Below are positions 47,396 through 56,760 of a DNA stretch of 64,000 bases, one piece after another. The position numbers and the translations under genes are program-made. Each line of letters opens with the position of its first letter. The stretch's first letter is position 1. The DNA is from Desulfurococcales archaeon (lineage in GTDB: Archaea; Thermoproteota; Thermoprotei_A; Sulfolobales; Desulfurococcaceae). The notes below the pieces were generated by a model that did not search any database, was not told where the DNA came from, and was given only the letters and a program-made list of their open reading frames with translations. Location: contig JALVYU010000030.1 in assembly GCA_027022365.1 (NCBI GenBank), positions 1 through 64,000 on the forward strand, written 5' to 3'.

Positions 47396-48283
47396 ATCGC
47401 AAAATTCAGTCTATACAGGCCGAAAAGCCTAGATGACGCCCTGGAATTCCTTAGCAACAATGCTGGCCTTGTGAAGCCCCTGGCGGGCGGCACCGAGCTA
47501 CTACTCCTGATCCGGGACAAGAAGATCCCTACACCAAAGTACCTGCTAGACCTGAACGCCATAAGGAAAGAGCTGAGCTACGTAAAGCTCGAAGAAGACA
47601 AAGTGAGGATAGGCGCGGCCACAACACTCTATGAGCTGAGCCAATCCATTCTCCATAAGGATAAGAGGTATGCCGGCTTCGTCGACGTATTCTACGGCTT
47701 CGCAACCATGGCTATGAGATTCTACGCGACGATAGGTGGAAACATATTATCCGCCACACAATACAATGACTACCTTACACTCCTCACAGTCTATGAACCG
47801 GAACTAGTGTTGGTCAGCAAGGAGGGGGAGAGGAGATTAACGCTCGAACAACTAGTCTTAGACAAGCGTAAACTAGCCATAAAGCCTGACGAGCTCCTCA
47901 AAGAGATCATAATCCCTGTCCCGCCGGAGAACACCAGTAGTAGCTTCATGAAATTCGACCGAAGGAGAATACTGATCGCCGGCGTGGTCACCGGCGCGGT
48001 TCTCCTAACACTCAATGATAACGTGATTGAGGACGTCAAGATATCCTTTGACATGATACGGGAGAAACGCGTACCGGGACGCGCAAAGAAGACAGAGGAG
48101 TTCCTGCGAGGCAAAGAGCTCAGCGAAGAAGTGGTCGAGGAAGCAGCGGAGAAGATCTTGCCCAGCGAGATGGAGAGAGTATCAGACTGGTGGACGACGG
48201 CGGAGTACAGGCTAGACATGTCCAAGGTTGTTTTAAAGCGCAACATATTCCGCGCCGCGAGAAGGATAAGGGGTGGGAAGTGA
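47396..48283 (+). CDS. Mo-hydroxylase (XDH/CoxM-like) FAD-binding subunit
   Basis: YRPKSLDDAL...PLAGGTELL, IGAATT, ATIGGN. The frame extends upstream of GTG 47471 to an ATC at 47396 behind GAGGTGA. Confidence 0.88.
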   Translation: MAKFSLYRPKSLDDALEFLSNNAGLVKPLAGGTELLLLIRDKKIPTPKYLLDLNAIRKELSYVKLEEDKVRIGAATTLYELSQSILHKDKRYAGFVDVFYGFATMAMRFYATIGGNILSATQYNDYLTLLTVYEPELVLVSKEGERRLTLEQLVLDKRKLAIKPDELLKEIIIPVPPENTSSSFMKFDRRRILIAGVVTGAVLLTLNDNVIEDVKISFDMIREKRVPGRAKKTEEFLRGKELSEEVVEEAAEKILPSEMERVSDWWTTAEYRLDMSKVVLKRNIFRAARRIRGGK

Positions 48284-48822
48284 TGGTCGAAACAATACGT
48301 GTAAACTTAAAGGTTAATGGGAAACAATACGTACTCGACATACCGCCGGACGAGAGACTCATAGACACACTACGCTACAGGCTGGGATTCACGAGCGTCA
48401 AAGAGGGATGTGGACGAGGCGAGTGTGGATCATGTATTGTACTCGTCAACGGCCTTCCGAGGCACAGCTGTCTAACACTGACAGCGACACTGGATGGCGC
48501 GGAAATACTCACGGTCGAAGGACTGGCTCCCGAGGGCAAACTACACGCTATACAGGTAGCGTTCCTCGAGACGCGTGGAGTGCAGTGCGGGTTCTGTACT
48601 CCGGCCTTCATGCTTCTGACTAAGGCTCTCCTCGACAAGACCCTCGATCCCAGCGACGAGGAGATCAAGCAGTGGCTGGCCAGCGCTATCTGCCGCTGTG
48701 GAAGCTACCACTACTACTTCAAGGCCGTCAGGAAGGCTGCCGAGTACTTGAAGAAGGGCAAGATATTGTTTGACGAAAAAGAAGTTAGGAAGAACCTCTA
48801 CAAGCTCCCCCTCCTGAGGTGA
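48283..48822 (+). CDS. Mo-hydroxylase [2Fe-2S] subunit (CoxS-like)
   Basis: KEGCGRGECGSC, SCL, QCGFCTP, ICRCG; ATG 48283 overlaps the upstream TGA. Confidence 0.93.
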   Translation: MVETIRVNLKVNGKQYVLDIPPDERLIDTLRYRLGFTSVKEGCGRGECGSCIVLVNGLPRHSCLTLTATLDGAEILTVEGLAPEGKLHAIQVAFLETRGVQCGFCTPAFMLLTKALLDKTLDPSDEEIKQWLASAICRCGSYHYYFKAVRKAAEYLKKGKILFDEKEVRKNLYKLPLLR

Positions 48823-48828
48823 TAATGT

Positions 48829-51234
48829 ATGTCTAAGCCCGAATACGTCGAAATAGTTGAGAAGGTCTTCGACAAGACAAGGTCTAAGCCTACCAAGGAG
48901 TTCAAGTACATTGGTAAAGAGATACTGAGATGGGATGCGATCTCGAAAATACGTGGCGAGAAAATATTCGTTGCCGACCTGATAAACTTGTTCAAGAACC
49001 CGGTATTTGTATACAGTGTGAGGACAAAATACGCCCACGCAAGGATAAAGAAGATCGATGTCAGTGAGGCCGAGAAATACCCCGGCGTAATCAAAGTGCT
49101 AACCTATAAGGACATACCCGGCATAAACGATGTAGGATACGTAATACCGGATCAGCCCCTCCTCGCGGACAAAAAGGTGAGATACATAGGAGACACGGTG
49201 GCCCTAGTAATAGCCGAGAGCCTCGAGAACGCCCGTGACGCGGGAGAACTCGTCAACGTGGAGTACGAGCCCCTAGAAGTAATCCTTGACCCCCTAAAGA
49301 TCGTTGAATGGGGAGGCCTGAGGGAGAAAGAACACACACTCATACATGATGAGCGCGGATCAGATGTAGTATCAAGATATAAGATCAGGGCTGGAGACAT
49401 AAAGAAGGCTGAACAAGAGGCAGCAGTAGTCATAGAGAACGAGTATAGGACCCCGATGCAGGAGCACGCCTACATAGAGACCGAGGCGGCAATAGCGATA
49501 CCCGAGCCGAACGGAGGAGTAACGATCTACGCTAAAACACAGTGCCCATTTGACACACGCAGAGCCGTGGCACAAGTGCTCGGCCTACCCTTCAACATGG
49601 TTAGAGTGATAGCCCCCAGCCTCGGAGGAGGATTTGGCGGTGCAGAAGACGTCGGCAACGAAATAGCGGCCAAGGCAGCCCTAGCAGCACTGGTTACGAA
49701 GAGGCCGGCAGTAGTACTGTTCACAAGAGAAGAAAGTATCATAGGCCACGCGAAAAGGCACCCGATGATAGCCAGGTATAAGCACATGGCGGCCAGAGAC
49801 GGGACCCTCCTAGGAGTAGAAGCAGAGATCATACTCGACACCGGAGCATATGCTAGCCTAGGCCCGTTCGTCGGATGGAGAGCAATAGTACACAGCACAG
49901 GACCCTACAGGGTAAAGAACGCCAAGATAGACCTAGCAGTAGTCTACACCAACAAGGTATACGCGGGAGCATTCCGTGGATTCGGCAACCCACAGGTATC
50001 ATTCGCGGTCGAGAGACAAATGGATCTGCTTGCCGAGGAGCTAGGGATAGACCCTGTCGAGATAAGGCTGAAGAACGCGCTCCGCAACGGAGACCGGACA
50101 GTCCACGGCCAGCTCCTAGACCACGGCGTAGGCCTCGTTGAGGCGATACAGAAAGCGGTCGAGGCCGCCAACTGGTACGAGAAGAGGAAGCTATACGCTA
50201 ACCAGAAAGGCCTTCTGAGGAGAGGAATAGGCATAGCGGTAATGTACCACGGCAACAGCATAGGTGCCGAGGGAGCAGACTTCAGCAGCGCCACCATCAT
50301 AATACAGCGCGACGGAAGCATAATCTTCAGGACGGGCCTGACGGACTTCGGCCAGGGAGCTATACAGGGTATAGTCAACATAATAGCCGAGACACTGGGA
50401 GTACCGCCAACATACATCAAGGTAGAATGGCCCGACACCGCCGCAACGCCCGATGCAGGCCCGACGGTGGCGTCTAGATCAACGGTCATGGGCGGTAACG
50501 CGGCCCTAGTAGCAGCATACAGGCTGAGGCAGAGGCTGAACAGGCTGGCCTCGGAGCTCCTAGGATGTGATCCCGAGAAAATAGTGATTGATGCACCAGA
50601 TGTCTACTGCTCCGATGACCCAGAGAACAAGATAACATGGCAGGAACTAGTAGAGCAGAGCTTCTGGAAAGGCGTGCCGCTACAGGAGTTCGGGTACTTC
50701 AGAGCACCACCGGCAGAATGGGATGAGGAGACCGGGCAGGGAGCACCATACATGCACTACACGTTCGGAGCTATCATAAGCGATGTAGAACTAGACATGG
50801 AGACAGGAGTAGTTAGGGTTAAAGAAGCGGTGACAGCCTACGATATAGGCCGCCTCATAAACAAGACAGGAGCAGACCTGCACGCTATAGGAGGCTATAT
50901 CCAGGGAATGGGCTACGCTCTCATGGAGGACCTATACTATTCGCCCGACGGCAAAGTCTATAATGTCAGCCTATCAACATACCACGTACCAACAGCGCTG
51001 GACATACCTGAAAAGATAACGCCAATATGGGTAGAAGCAGGATTCAGGAGGGGGCCCTACGGCGCGAAAGGATTGGGAGAGCCATCAATCGTAGCGATAG
51101 CGCCAAGCATAGCTAACGCAGTAGCCCATGCACTGGGCGGCGGAGTACAGGTTAGCAAAGACGTGAACAAAATACCGCTAACACCCGACTATATCTACAG
51201 CATAATAAAGAAGTATAAGCTACTCGGAAAGTAG
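48829..51234 (+). CDS. Mo-hydroxylase molybdopterin-binding large subunit (xanthine dehydrogenase family)
   Basis: QEHAYIE, GGGFGG, AFRGFGNPQ, DFGQG, TVASRS, AKGLGEP motifs. Confidence 0.93.
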   Translation: MSKPEYVEIVEKVFDKTRSKPTKEFKYIGKEILRWDAISKIRGEKIFVADLINLFKNPVFVYSVRTKYAHARIKKIDVSEAEKYPGVIKVLTYKDIPGINDVGYVIPDQPLLADKKVRYIGDTVALVIAESLENARDAGELVNVEYEPLEVILDPLKIVEWGGLREKEHTLIHDERGSDVVSRYKIRAGDIKKAEQEAAVVIENEYRTPMQEHAYIETEAAIAIPEPNGGVTIYAKTQCPFDTRRAVAQVLGLPFNMVRVIAPSLGGGFGGAEDVGNEIAAKAALAALVTKRPAVVLFTREESIIGHAKRHPMIARYKHMAARDGTLLGVEAEIILDTGAYASLGPFVGWRAIVHSTGPYRVKNAKIDLAVVYTNKVYAGAFRGFGNPQVSFAVERQMDLLAEELGIDPVEIRLKNALRNGDRTVHGQLLDHGVGLVEAIQKAVEAANWYEKRKLYANQKGLLRRGIGIAVMYHGNSIGAEGADFSSATIIIQRDGSIIFRTGLTDFGQGAIQGIVNIIAETLGVPPTYIKVEWPDTAATPDAGPTVASRSTVMGGNAALVAAYRLRQRLNRLASELLGCDPEKIVIDAPDVYCSDDPENKITWQELVEQSFWKGVPLQEFGYFRAPPAEWDEETGQGAPYMHYTFGAIISDVELDMETGVVRVKEAVTAYDIGRLINKTGADLHAIGGYIQGMGYALMEDLYYSPDGKVYNVSLSTYHVPTALDIPEKITPIWVEAGFRRGPYGAKGLGEPSIVAIAPSIANAVAHALGGGVQVSKDVNKIPLTPDYIYSIIKKYKLLGK

Positions 51235-51398
51235 CTCCCGATTCTTTAACCTAATACTCTTTTTCATTTCTTCCCCTCTCCTTCCAATAATAGATTGCAT
51301 TGTATTCAGAACACTTAGAGGCGGAGACGGAGATATTATAGGGTAATTGCTTCTAGGACCCCAGAAAAGGTTCTCGTGGTTGTAAAAAAGGACTTGTT

Positions 51399-52730
51399 TT
51401 AGACCGGCTTGGCGAACCCCCATTTCTCGAGGGCGCGTGCCAGCTCCTTGTGTGTCTTGGCGTACTCGTCGAGAGGTATTCCTTTCAGTATAGCTTCTAG
51501 AGACTGTCTTACAGCAGCTGCTCCCGCACGCGGCCCGTCGGGGTGGCCCAGCGTTCCTCCGCCGACCTGTATTACCAGGTCTGTGCCTAGGGCCTCGATC
51601 ACGCCGGGCAGGTTCCCAGGATGCAGTCCTCCAGACGAGACCGGCATGGCTGGCTTGATGTGATGCATTGGCTGTTCTAGGTGGAACTCGTCGTCCGGGT
51701 CTGGCTTGAAGTGTGTCTCCCTAAGAATTCTCGCGTATCTTATGACATCGATCTTTCCGCCCTCCAGCTTGCCTACGCCGGCCGTACCGATATGGAGCTG
51801 GTCTACCCCGATGATCCTATATAGTTTTGCTAAGACGTACATGGATATACCATGGTACGGGTTGCGGGTGAATGCTGCGTGCATTGCGCGGTGAGCATGT
51901 ATTGCTAGACCGTATTCCTCGGCAAGGTCACGTATGTAATTGAGTGCCCCCCAACCAGTAACGACGACATCCACCATTACGTAGGGGTTGCCATAGTCTG
52001 CGACCAGTTTGAGTCTTCTCTTCATCTCCCTTATATCACTGGTTATGTTTGCGAACCAGACCTTTTTTTCACCTGTCTCTTTCTCCGCCTTATCGATTGC
52101 TCTCATGATGGCTTTTGCTCTCTTCTCGAAGCTACAGAAGCTCGGGCTCGTCAGGTTCTCGTCGTCCTTAATATAGTCCATCCCGCCTGTGAGGAGCTCG
52201 ATTGCCAGCTTCTCTACTTCTTCGGGTGAATAGCCTACTTTCGGCTTAGGCACTGTTCCCACGATGGGCCTGTCGTAGACCTTGAATATGTCTCTGACTC
52301 CCTTGATACCCTTGCTGGGCCCCTTGAAGTCCTCGAGGAATACTTTGGGGAAGTATATGTCTTCTAGTCTTAGCCCCGCGACTCGCTTCATCCCGAAGAC
52401 GTTGCCGGCGACGCTCGCTAGGAAGCCTGGCAGGTTGCCCTTCTCGAACAGCTCCACCGGATAGGCTATTCTCACGATCCATGAGCCGTCGCCGAGGTCT
52501 TTGAAGTAGTAAGCCTTCGCGCTTAGCTTCTTGACTCTCTCCGTGTCGTACCATGGATATAGTGTTGTCCAGGTACCAGTACTGCTCTCGGCCGCTACTC
52601 CTCCAGCCGCGTCCTCGATGGTGAATCCCGGCGCCGGCTTGATCCTGAATACAGCGATCACATCGTTATCGGGATCAGGGGTGTAGTTCTTATCAATATA
52701 CTGCTTGTATGGCTCGAAACTGTGATGCAA
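51399..52730 (-). CDS. rbcL: Form III RuBisCO
   Basis: AAESSTGTW, GTVPKPK, DYIKDDEN, HAHRAMHAA, GKLEG, SSGGLHPG, GGGTLGHP; catalytic set intact. Confidence 0.96.
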   Translation of the reverse strand: MHHSFEPYKQYIDKNYTPDPDNDVIAVFRIKPAPGFTIEDAAGGVAAESSTGTWTTLYPWYDTERVKKLSAKAYYFKDLGDGSWIVRIAYPVELFEKGNLPGFLASVAGNVFGMKRVAGLRLEDIYFPKVFLEDFKGPSKGIKGVRDIFKVYDRPIVGTVPKPKVGYSPEEVEKLAIELLTGGMDYIKDDENLTSPSFCSFEKRAKAIMRAIDKAEKETGEKKVWFANITSDIREMKRRLKLVADYGNPYVMVDVVVTGWGALNYIRDLAEEYGLAIHAHRAMHAAFTRNPYHGISMYVLAKLYRIIGVDQLHIGTAGVGKLEGGKIDVIRYARILRETHFKPDPDDEFHLEQPMHHIKPAMPVSSGGLHPGNLPGVIEALGTDLVIQVGGGTLGHPDGPRAGAAAVRQSLEAILKGIPLDEYAKTHKELARALEKWGFAKPV

Positions 52731-52828
52731 AAGAACCCCCTCTTCAATGCTTGTATTCTATATTGTTATGGTATTGGGAGGATTAAATATTGTAGTGTCA
52801 AATAATGGGCTGGAAAACGGTAGATGTG

Positions 52829-53977
52829 CTAGTGGACGAACGGATCCTTGAAGCTGAGAACTACTTTCGCAACCTCCGGCCTCATCATGTACTCCGGAGG
52901 CATTTTGCCCTCACGGATCATTTTCCTAAGCTTGGTGCCGCTAATCCTTATCCTGTATTCTTCGGGGTGCGGGCATATCTTCTCATTGACCATACCGCCG
53001 CATTTCTTACAGTAGAATGCTTCCCTGATGAAGAGAGGCACAATCCCTAGGTCTGGGAACTCGTCGAATATCTCCCATGCCTCGTAAGGACCATAATAGT
53101 CTCCCACACCTGCATGGTCTCTCCCCACTATGAAGTGCGTGCAGCCGAAATTCTTCCTAACTATAGCGTGGTGTACTGCCTCACGCGGCCCAGCGTACCT
53201 CATGTTCATGACTAGGCCCGCTAGGACGGTCACGTTTTCGGGGTAATAGTGCTTGATCAGGGCCTCGTATGCCGCGAATATGACCTCGTCTCTATAATCA
53301 CCGGGTTTCTTCCAGCCTATCAGGGGGTGTATGAGGATGCCGTCCGTGAACGTGAGGGCGGCCTTCTGGACATACTCGTGTCCTCGGTGAGGCACGTTCC
53401 TCGTCTGGAACGCGACGATCTTTTTCCACCCTTTCTCTCTGAAGAGTATCCTTGTCTCGGCGGGCCAGAGAATCCTGTGTATAAGGGGGTGCTCGAGATC
53501 CTTAATGAGATCGATCGCTCCTCCCACGAGAAGCTCCTTCATTTCAAACGTCTTCTTTACCCCGGGATGACCCGTGTCCAGGGTCTTGTATACGCTTTGC
53601 GCGTGCTTCTTCTTATCCCAGCCGTAGATCTCCTCGACCCTCATAACCGCTACTGGCTCCCCGCCATAATATAGCGCTATGTCGTCGCCCTCCTTGACAC
53701 CGCTGATCTCTTCGGGATCGACATCCAAGACTATGGGTATCGTCCAGGGTAGATCATTGCTCAGCCTCATATCGTCGAGGACATAGAGGTAGTCCTCCTG
53801 TAGCATGAAGCCCTCCAGCGGGCTAAAAGCCCCGTGCGCTATGTCGAGTACGTCGATGTATCTTTCATAACTTATATCGATTCTTTGAAGCTCACCCGCC
53901 TCGGCTCTAAGGTGCTCGAGCCTCTTGCCACGGGCAACTCTGTTTACAAGTTTTCCTCCATGGGGTCTTGAGACCAT
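52829..53977 (-). CDS. sat: Sulfate adenylyltransferase (ATP sulfurylase)
   Basis: PHGGKL, FSPLEGFM, AFQTRNVPHRGH, YAGPREA, IVGRDHAGVG, ISGT, MRPEV. Confidence 0.96.
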   Translation of the reverse strand: MVSRPHGGKLVNRVARGKRLEHLRAEAGELQRIDISYERYIDVLDIAHGAFSPLEGFMLQEDYLYVLDDMRLSNDLPWTIPIVLDVDPEEISGVKEGDDIALYYGGEPVAVMRVEEIYGWDKKKHAQSVYKTLDTGHPGVKKTFEMKELLVGGAIDLIKDLEHPLIHRILWPAETRILFREKGWKKIVAFQTRNVPHRGHEYVQKAALTFTDGILIHPLIGWKKPGDYRDEVIFAAYEALIKHYYPENVTVLAGLVMNMRYAGPREAVHHAIVRKNFGCTHFIVGRDHAGVGDYYGPYEAWEIFDEFPDLGIVPLFIREAFYCKKCGGMVNEKICPHPEEYRIRISGTKLRKMIREGKMPPEYMMRPEVAKVVLSFKDPFVH

Positions 53978-54000
53978 GTACCTTCACCTCTCCATATGGG

Positions 54001-54240
54001 CTAGATGTAGCCGAGCCTTCTCAGTTTCTCGAGGATCTTTTTCTTGTCTTCCTCGCTGAACGGCTCCTCGTATCTGGCCTCCTCGTGTGCCGCGACAACT
54101 TCTCTCAGGACGTAGGTAACGTACTGGCTGACGCTCGTGAAGCCCGTGTCCTTGATGAGCTCCTTGATCCGGTTATATAGTGTGATGGGTATTGAGACCG
54201 TCGTGTACTTGCCTCTTTTCTCCGGTTCTCTAGGAGACAT
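54001..54240 (-). CDS. RHH/CopG-family regulator co-transcribed with sat
   Basis: YTTVSIP..LY...GFTSVSQYVTYVLRE; C-terminal LRRLGYI. Confidence 0.85.
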   Translation of the reverse strand: MSPREPEKRGKYTTVSIPITLYNRIKELIKDTGFTSVSQYVTYVLREVVAAHEEARYEEPFSEEDKKKILEKLRRLGYI

Positions 54241-54276
54241 GATAGTCCACTCTCCCTATGGGAGCGTCCGTAGTTT

Positions 54277-54300
54277 TTATTAATTAAGCTTAATTAATAA
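54277..54300. promoter_or_regulatory. Perfect 24-bp AT-rich palindrome, candidate divergent promoter/operator
   Basis: TTATTAATTAAGCTTAATTAATAA equals its own reverse complement; lies between divergent RHH-sat and cysC. Confidence 0.7.
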
Positions 54301-54323
54301 CTGTTCCGACGATAGAGGTGTAG

Positions 54324-54878
54324 GTGTTGGGAGAGAATCCCAAGTGCCTCGATAAAGGCATCGTTGTCTGGCTGACAGGTCTTCCGGGAAGCGGTAAGAC
54401 TACTCTCGCCACAAGAGTAGCCGAGAAGCTAAGGAGGGAAGGCTACAGAGTAGAAGTTATTGATGGGGACTGGGCGAGAAAAACAATCAGTCTCGGAGCA
54501 GGCTACACCAAAGAGGAGAGGAGAATACACCTCCATAGAATAGCGTGGGTGGCAAGACTGCTTGCACGCAACGGCGTCATAGTTCTATGTAGCTTCGTAT
54601 CGCCATATAATGATGTACGAGAGATGATAAAGAACATTATCTCAGAAGAAGTACCCTTCAAACTAGTCTATGTCAAGTGCCCTGTAGAAGAATGTATACG
54701 CAGGGATCCCAAGGGCCTATATAAGAAGGCCTTGAGGGGAGAGATCAAGCATTTCACCGGGATAAGTGACCCGTTCGAGGAGCCGGAGAACCCGGATCTC
54801 GTGATAGATACTTACCGCGACGATATCGAGACAAATACCGGGAAGCTCTACAGGTTTGTGAAAGAACTTATCGAATAA
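54324..54878 (+). CDS. cysC: Adenylyl-sulfate (APS) kinase
   Basis: VWLTGLPGSGKTT, IDGD, SFVSPY, RDPKGLY, FTGISDPFEEP motifs. Confidence 0.95.
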   Translation: MLGENPKCLDKGIVVWLTGLPGSGKTTLATRVAEKLRREGYRVEVIDGDWARKTISLGAGYTKEERRIHLHRIAWVARLLARNGVIVLCSFVSPYNDVREMIKNIISEEVPFKLVYVKCPVEECIRRDPKGLYKKALRGEIKHFTGISDPFEEPENPDLVIDTYRDDIETNTGKLYRFVKELIE

Positions 54879-54976
54879 GCGCTTTCTAGGCTAGGAACTA
54901 TCACGTATCATTTTTAATTATAGTATCGTCATTAAGATACATTGACCTATAACGGCGTTATCCTGGGAGAAAACCA

Positions 54977-56155
54977 ATGAATAAAGCCAGGAAGACCCTA
55001 GCGGGAATAGCGATATACACGGCTTTCCGAGGAGTAGCTTTCTCCTCATTCCAGGTACTCCTACCGCTCTATCTAGTCAGCATAGGCTACAAGGTAGCGG
55101 ATCTAGGTCCGCTCGCAACCTACGCCACGGTCGCCACTGCCGTATTTTTACCCTTCATAGGGCATATGGTAGACGCAGGACACCCAGTAACAATAGGCAC
55201 TCTATCAGGAATAATACTAGCCCTAAGCCTCTTAATCCCCGGTCTCTCCTCCTCGTATCTTTCATTCATACTCGTCTACATCCTGAACTCATTATCACTA
55301 ATGATGTGGCAGCCGGCCAGAATATCTGTGGTCGGTAGAATCGTACAATCTGGAAGCCTGGGCAGGACATACGCTGTGTTCACGGCTGGCTTCAACATAG
55401 CGAGAATAATCACTCCATTCGTAGCCGTCACGATCGCTTATGCCATAGGATATAGGAGCACCATGGCCTTAATGTCCATATTCCCGCTTACAGGCGCCCT
55501 CATATACTGCCTGACGGCAAGGCAGGTAGAGATCAGGAAGAGGAAGGTCGAGATCAGAAGCTTGTTTGAAACATACAAGAATGTATACTGGATACTGAAG
55601 CAATACCCTTATCTCTCCCTTTTCTCGTTCTTCGATATCTATGGCTGGCGCCTATGGTTCCCAATGCTCAACGCTTATCTCAAGAAAGCCGTAGGACTGG
55701 ACGATATGGGTGTGGGCCTCTATAACAGTATATTCTCGGCATCAATGCTTGCATCCTCGTATCCCTCCGGATACCTGACGGACAGGATAGGGCCGAGGAA
55801 AGTACTCGCCCTCAACGAGATGCTAGGCATAGCGACGGCGCTCCTCCTCGCACAACACACGCCCATACTAGCCTATATCGCATCGATAACAATGGGGATA
55901 AGCATAGCTTTCTGGATAAACGGGTACAACACCATAACAACACTGCTCATGGGGCCGGAGAAAGCAGGTATTATGAGGAGCAGTATTGATGCTGCGAGAA
56001 CCATAGTATCAGTACCAGCACCAGCGCTGGGCAGCACGATCTATAGTCTAGTCTCTATTTCCGCCCCATTCTACCTAGGCACTGTCTTCATGGGCCTCGC
56101 AGCTCTTTCGATCCTGCTCGTAAAAGGCGGTAAGGAGAAAGATACTCCTAGTTAG
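54977..56155 (+). CDS. MFS transporter
   Basis: About 12 TM helices; motif A GYLTDRIGPRK. Confidence 0.88.
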   Translation: MNKARKTLAGIAIYTAFRGVAFSSFQVLLPLYLVSIGYKVADLGPLATYATVATAVFLPFIGHMVDAGHPVTIGTLSGIILALSLLIPGLSSSYLSFILVYILNSLSLMMWQPARISVVGRIVQSGSLGRTYAVFTAGFNIARIITPFVAVTIAYAIGYRSTMALMSIFPLTGALIYCLTARQVEIRKRKVEIRSLFETYKNVYWILKQYPYLSLFSFFDIYGWRLWFPMLNAYLKKAVGLDDMGVGLYNSIFSASMLASSYPSGYLTDRIGPRKVLALNEMLGIATALLLAQHTPILAYIASITMGISIAFWINGYNTITTLLMGPEKAGIMRSSIDAARTIVSVPAPALGSTIYSLVSISAPFYLGTVFMGLAALSILLVKGGKEKDTPS

Positions 56156-56253
56156 CACTACTAACAACACTGATTCACATGTGCCAAGTAAAAATACAAA
56201 TACCTCAAGAAACCAGTAAAAATACAAGCCCAGGAGATTCGGGGAAACAGGTT

Positions 56254-56760
56254 TTGACGAAAAAATCGGCCCTGCTCGAGAAAATCCTAGATAGGATCCC
56301 GGGCTTTTCAGGCTATAGGAAGAGGGAGAAAATACGTGAAGACGACAGGATAATAAGATCATATATTGTCTCAGTCCTCGAAAACACAATACAATATATA
56401 GAGGACGCCCAGGCCAGCCTCGTAGACATAAACTATGACAAAGCAGTAGCCCTGGACAACCTGCTAAGAAGACTTAGGCTCCTCACCGACAAGATCAGGT
56501 GGGCGCCCCACGGGTACCAGCCACACTACTATATCGTGAAAATAGAGGAAGCAGACCTGGAGAAGCTTAGATCCATAGATGCGGAGATAATTGGTCTCGC
56601 CGAACAATTATCCAAGATAGCCTCCAACATAGCGGAGAAGGCTACGGCCGGCCAGGTTCCCGACCCCAAGGATCTAGTAGGAATGAATGATTTGGCCAAG
56701 AAAATACATGGTTTTCTCGAAGAAAGAAACAAGATACTCATGGGGCTAGGTGAGAAGTAA
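56254..56760 (+). CDS. Conserved-looking helical hypothetical protein, first gene of the SPFH-zinc-ribbon operon
   Basis: LLEKILDRIPGFSGYRKREKIREDD...KIRWAPHGY...; probable TTG start 56254 (track 56179); TAATG overlap with the next gene. Confidence 0.7.
   Translation: MTKKSALLEKILDRIPGFSGYRKREKIREDDRIIRSYIVSVLENTIQYIEDAQASLVDINYDKAVALDNLLRRLRLLTDKIRWAPHGYQPHYYIVKIEEADLEKLRSIDAEIIGLAEQLSKIASNIAEKATAGQVPDPKDLVGMNDLAKKIHGFLEERNKILMGLGEK

Noticed and set aside
48190-48282. N-terminal extensions in the ORF track (also 24443-24604, 42609-42659, 47112-47186, 56179-56253, 63022-63087)
   Set aside because: They overlap neighbours or promoters, or precede the family-typical N-terminus; downstream starts fit better.
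47396-51234. Aerobic CO dehydrogenase feeding a Calvin cycle with the adjacent RuBisCO
   Set aside because: The CoxL AYxCSFR motif is absent, the RuBisCO is form III, and no phosphoribulokinase is in the window.
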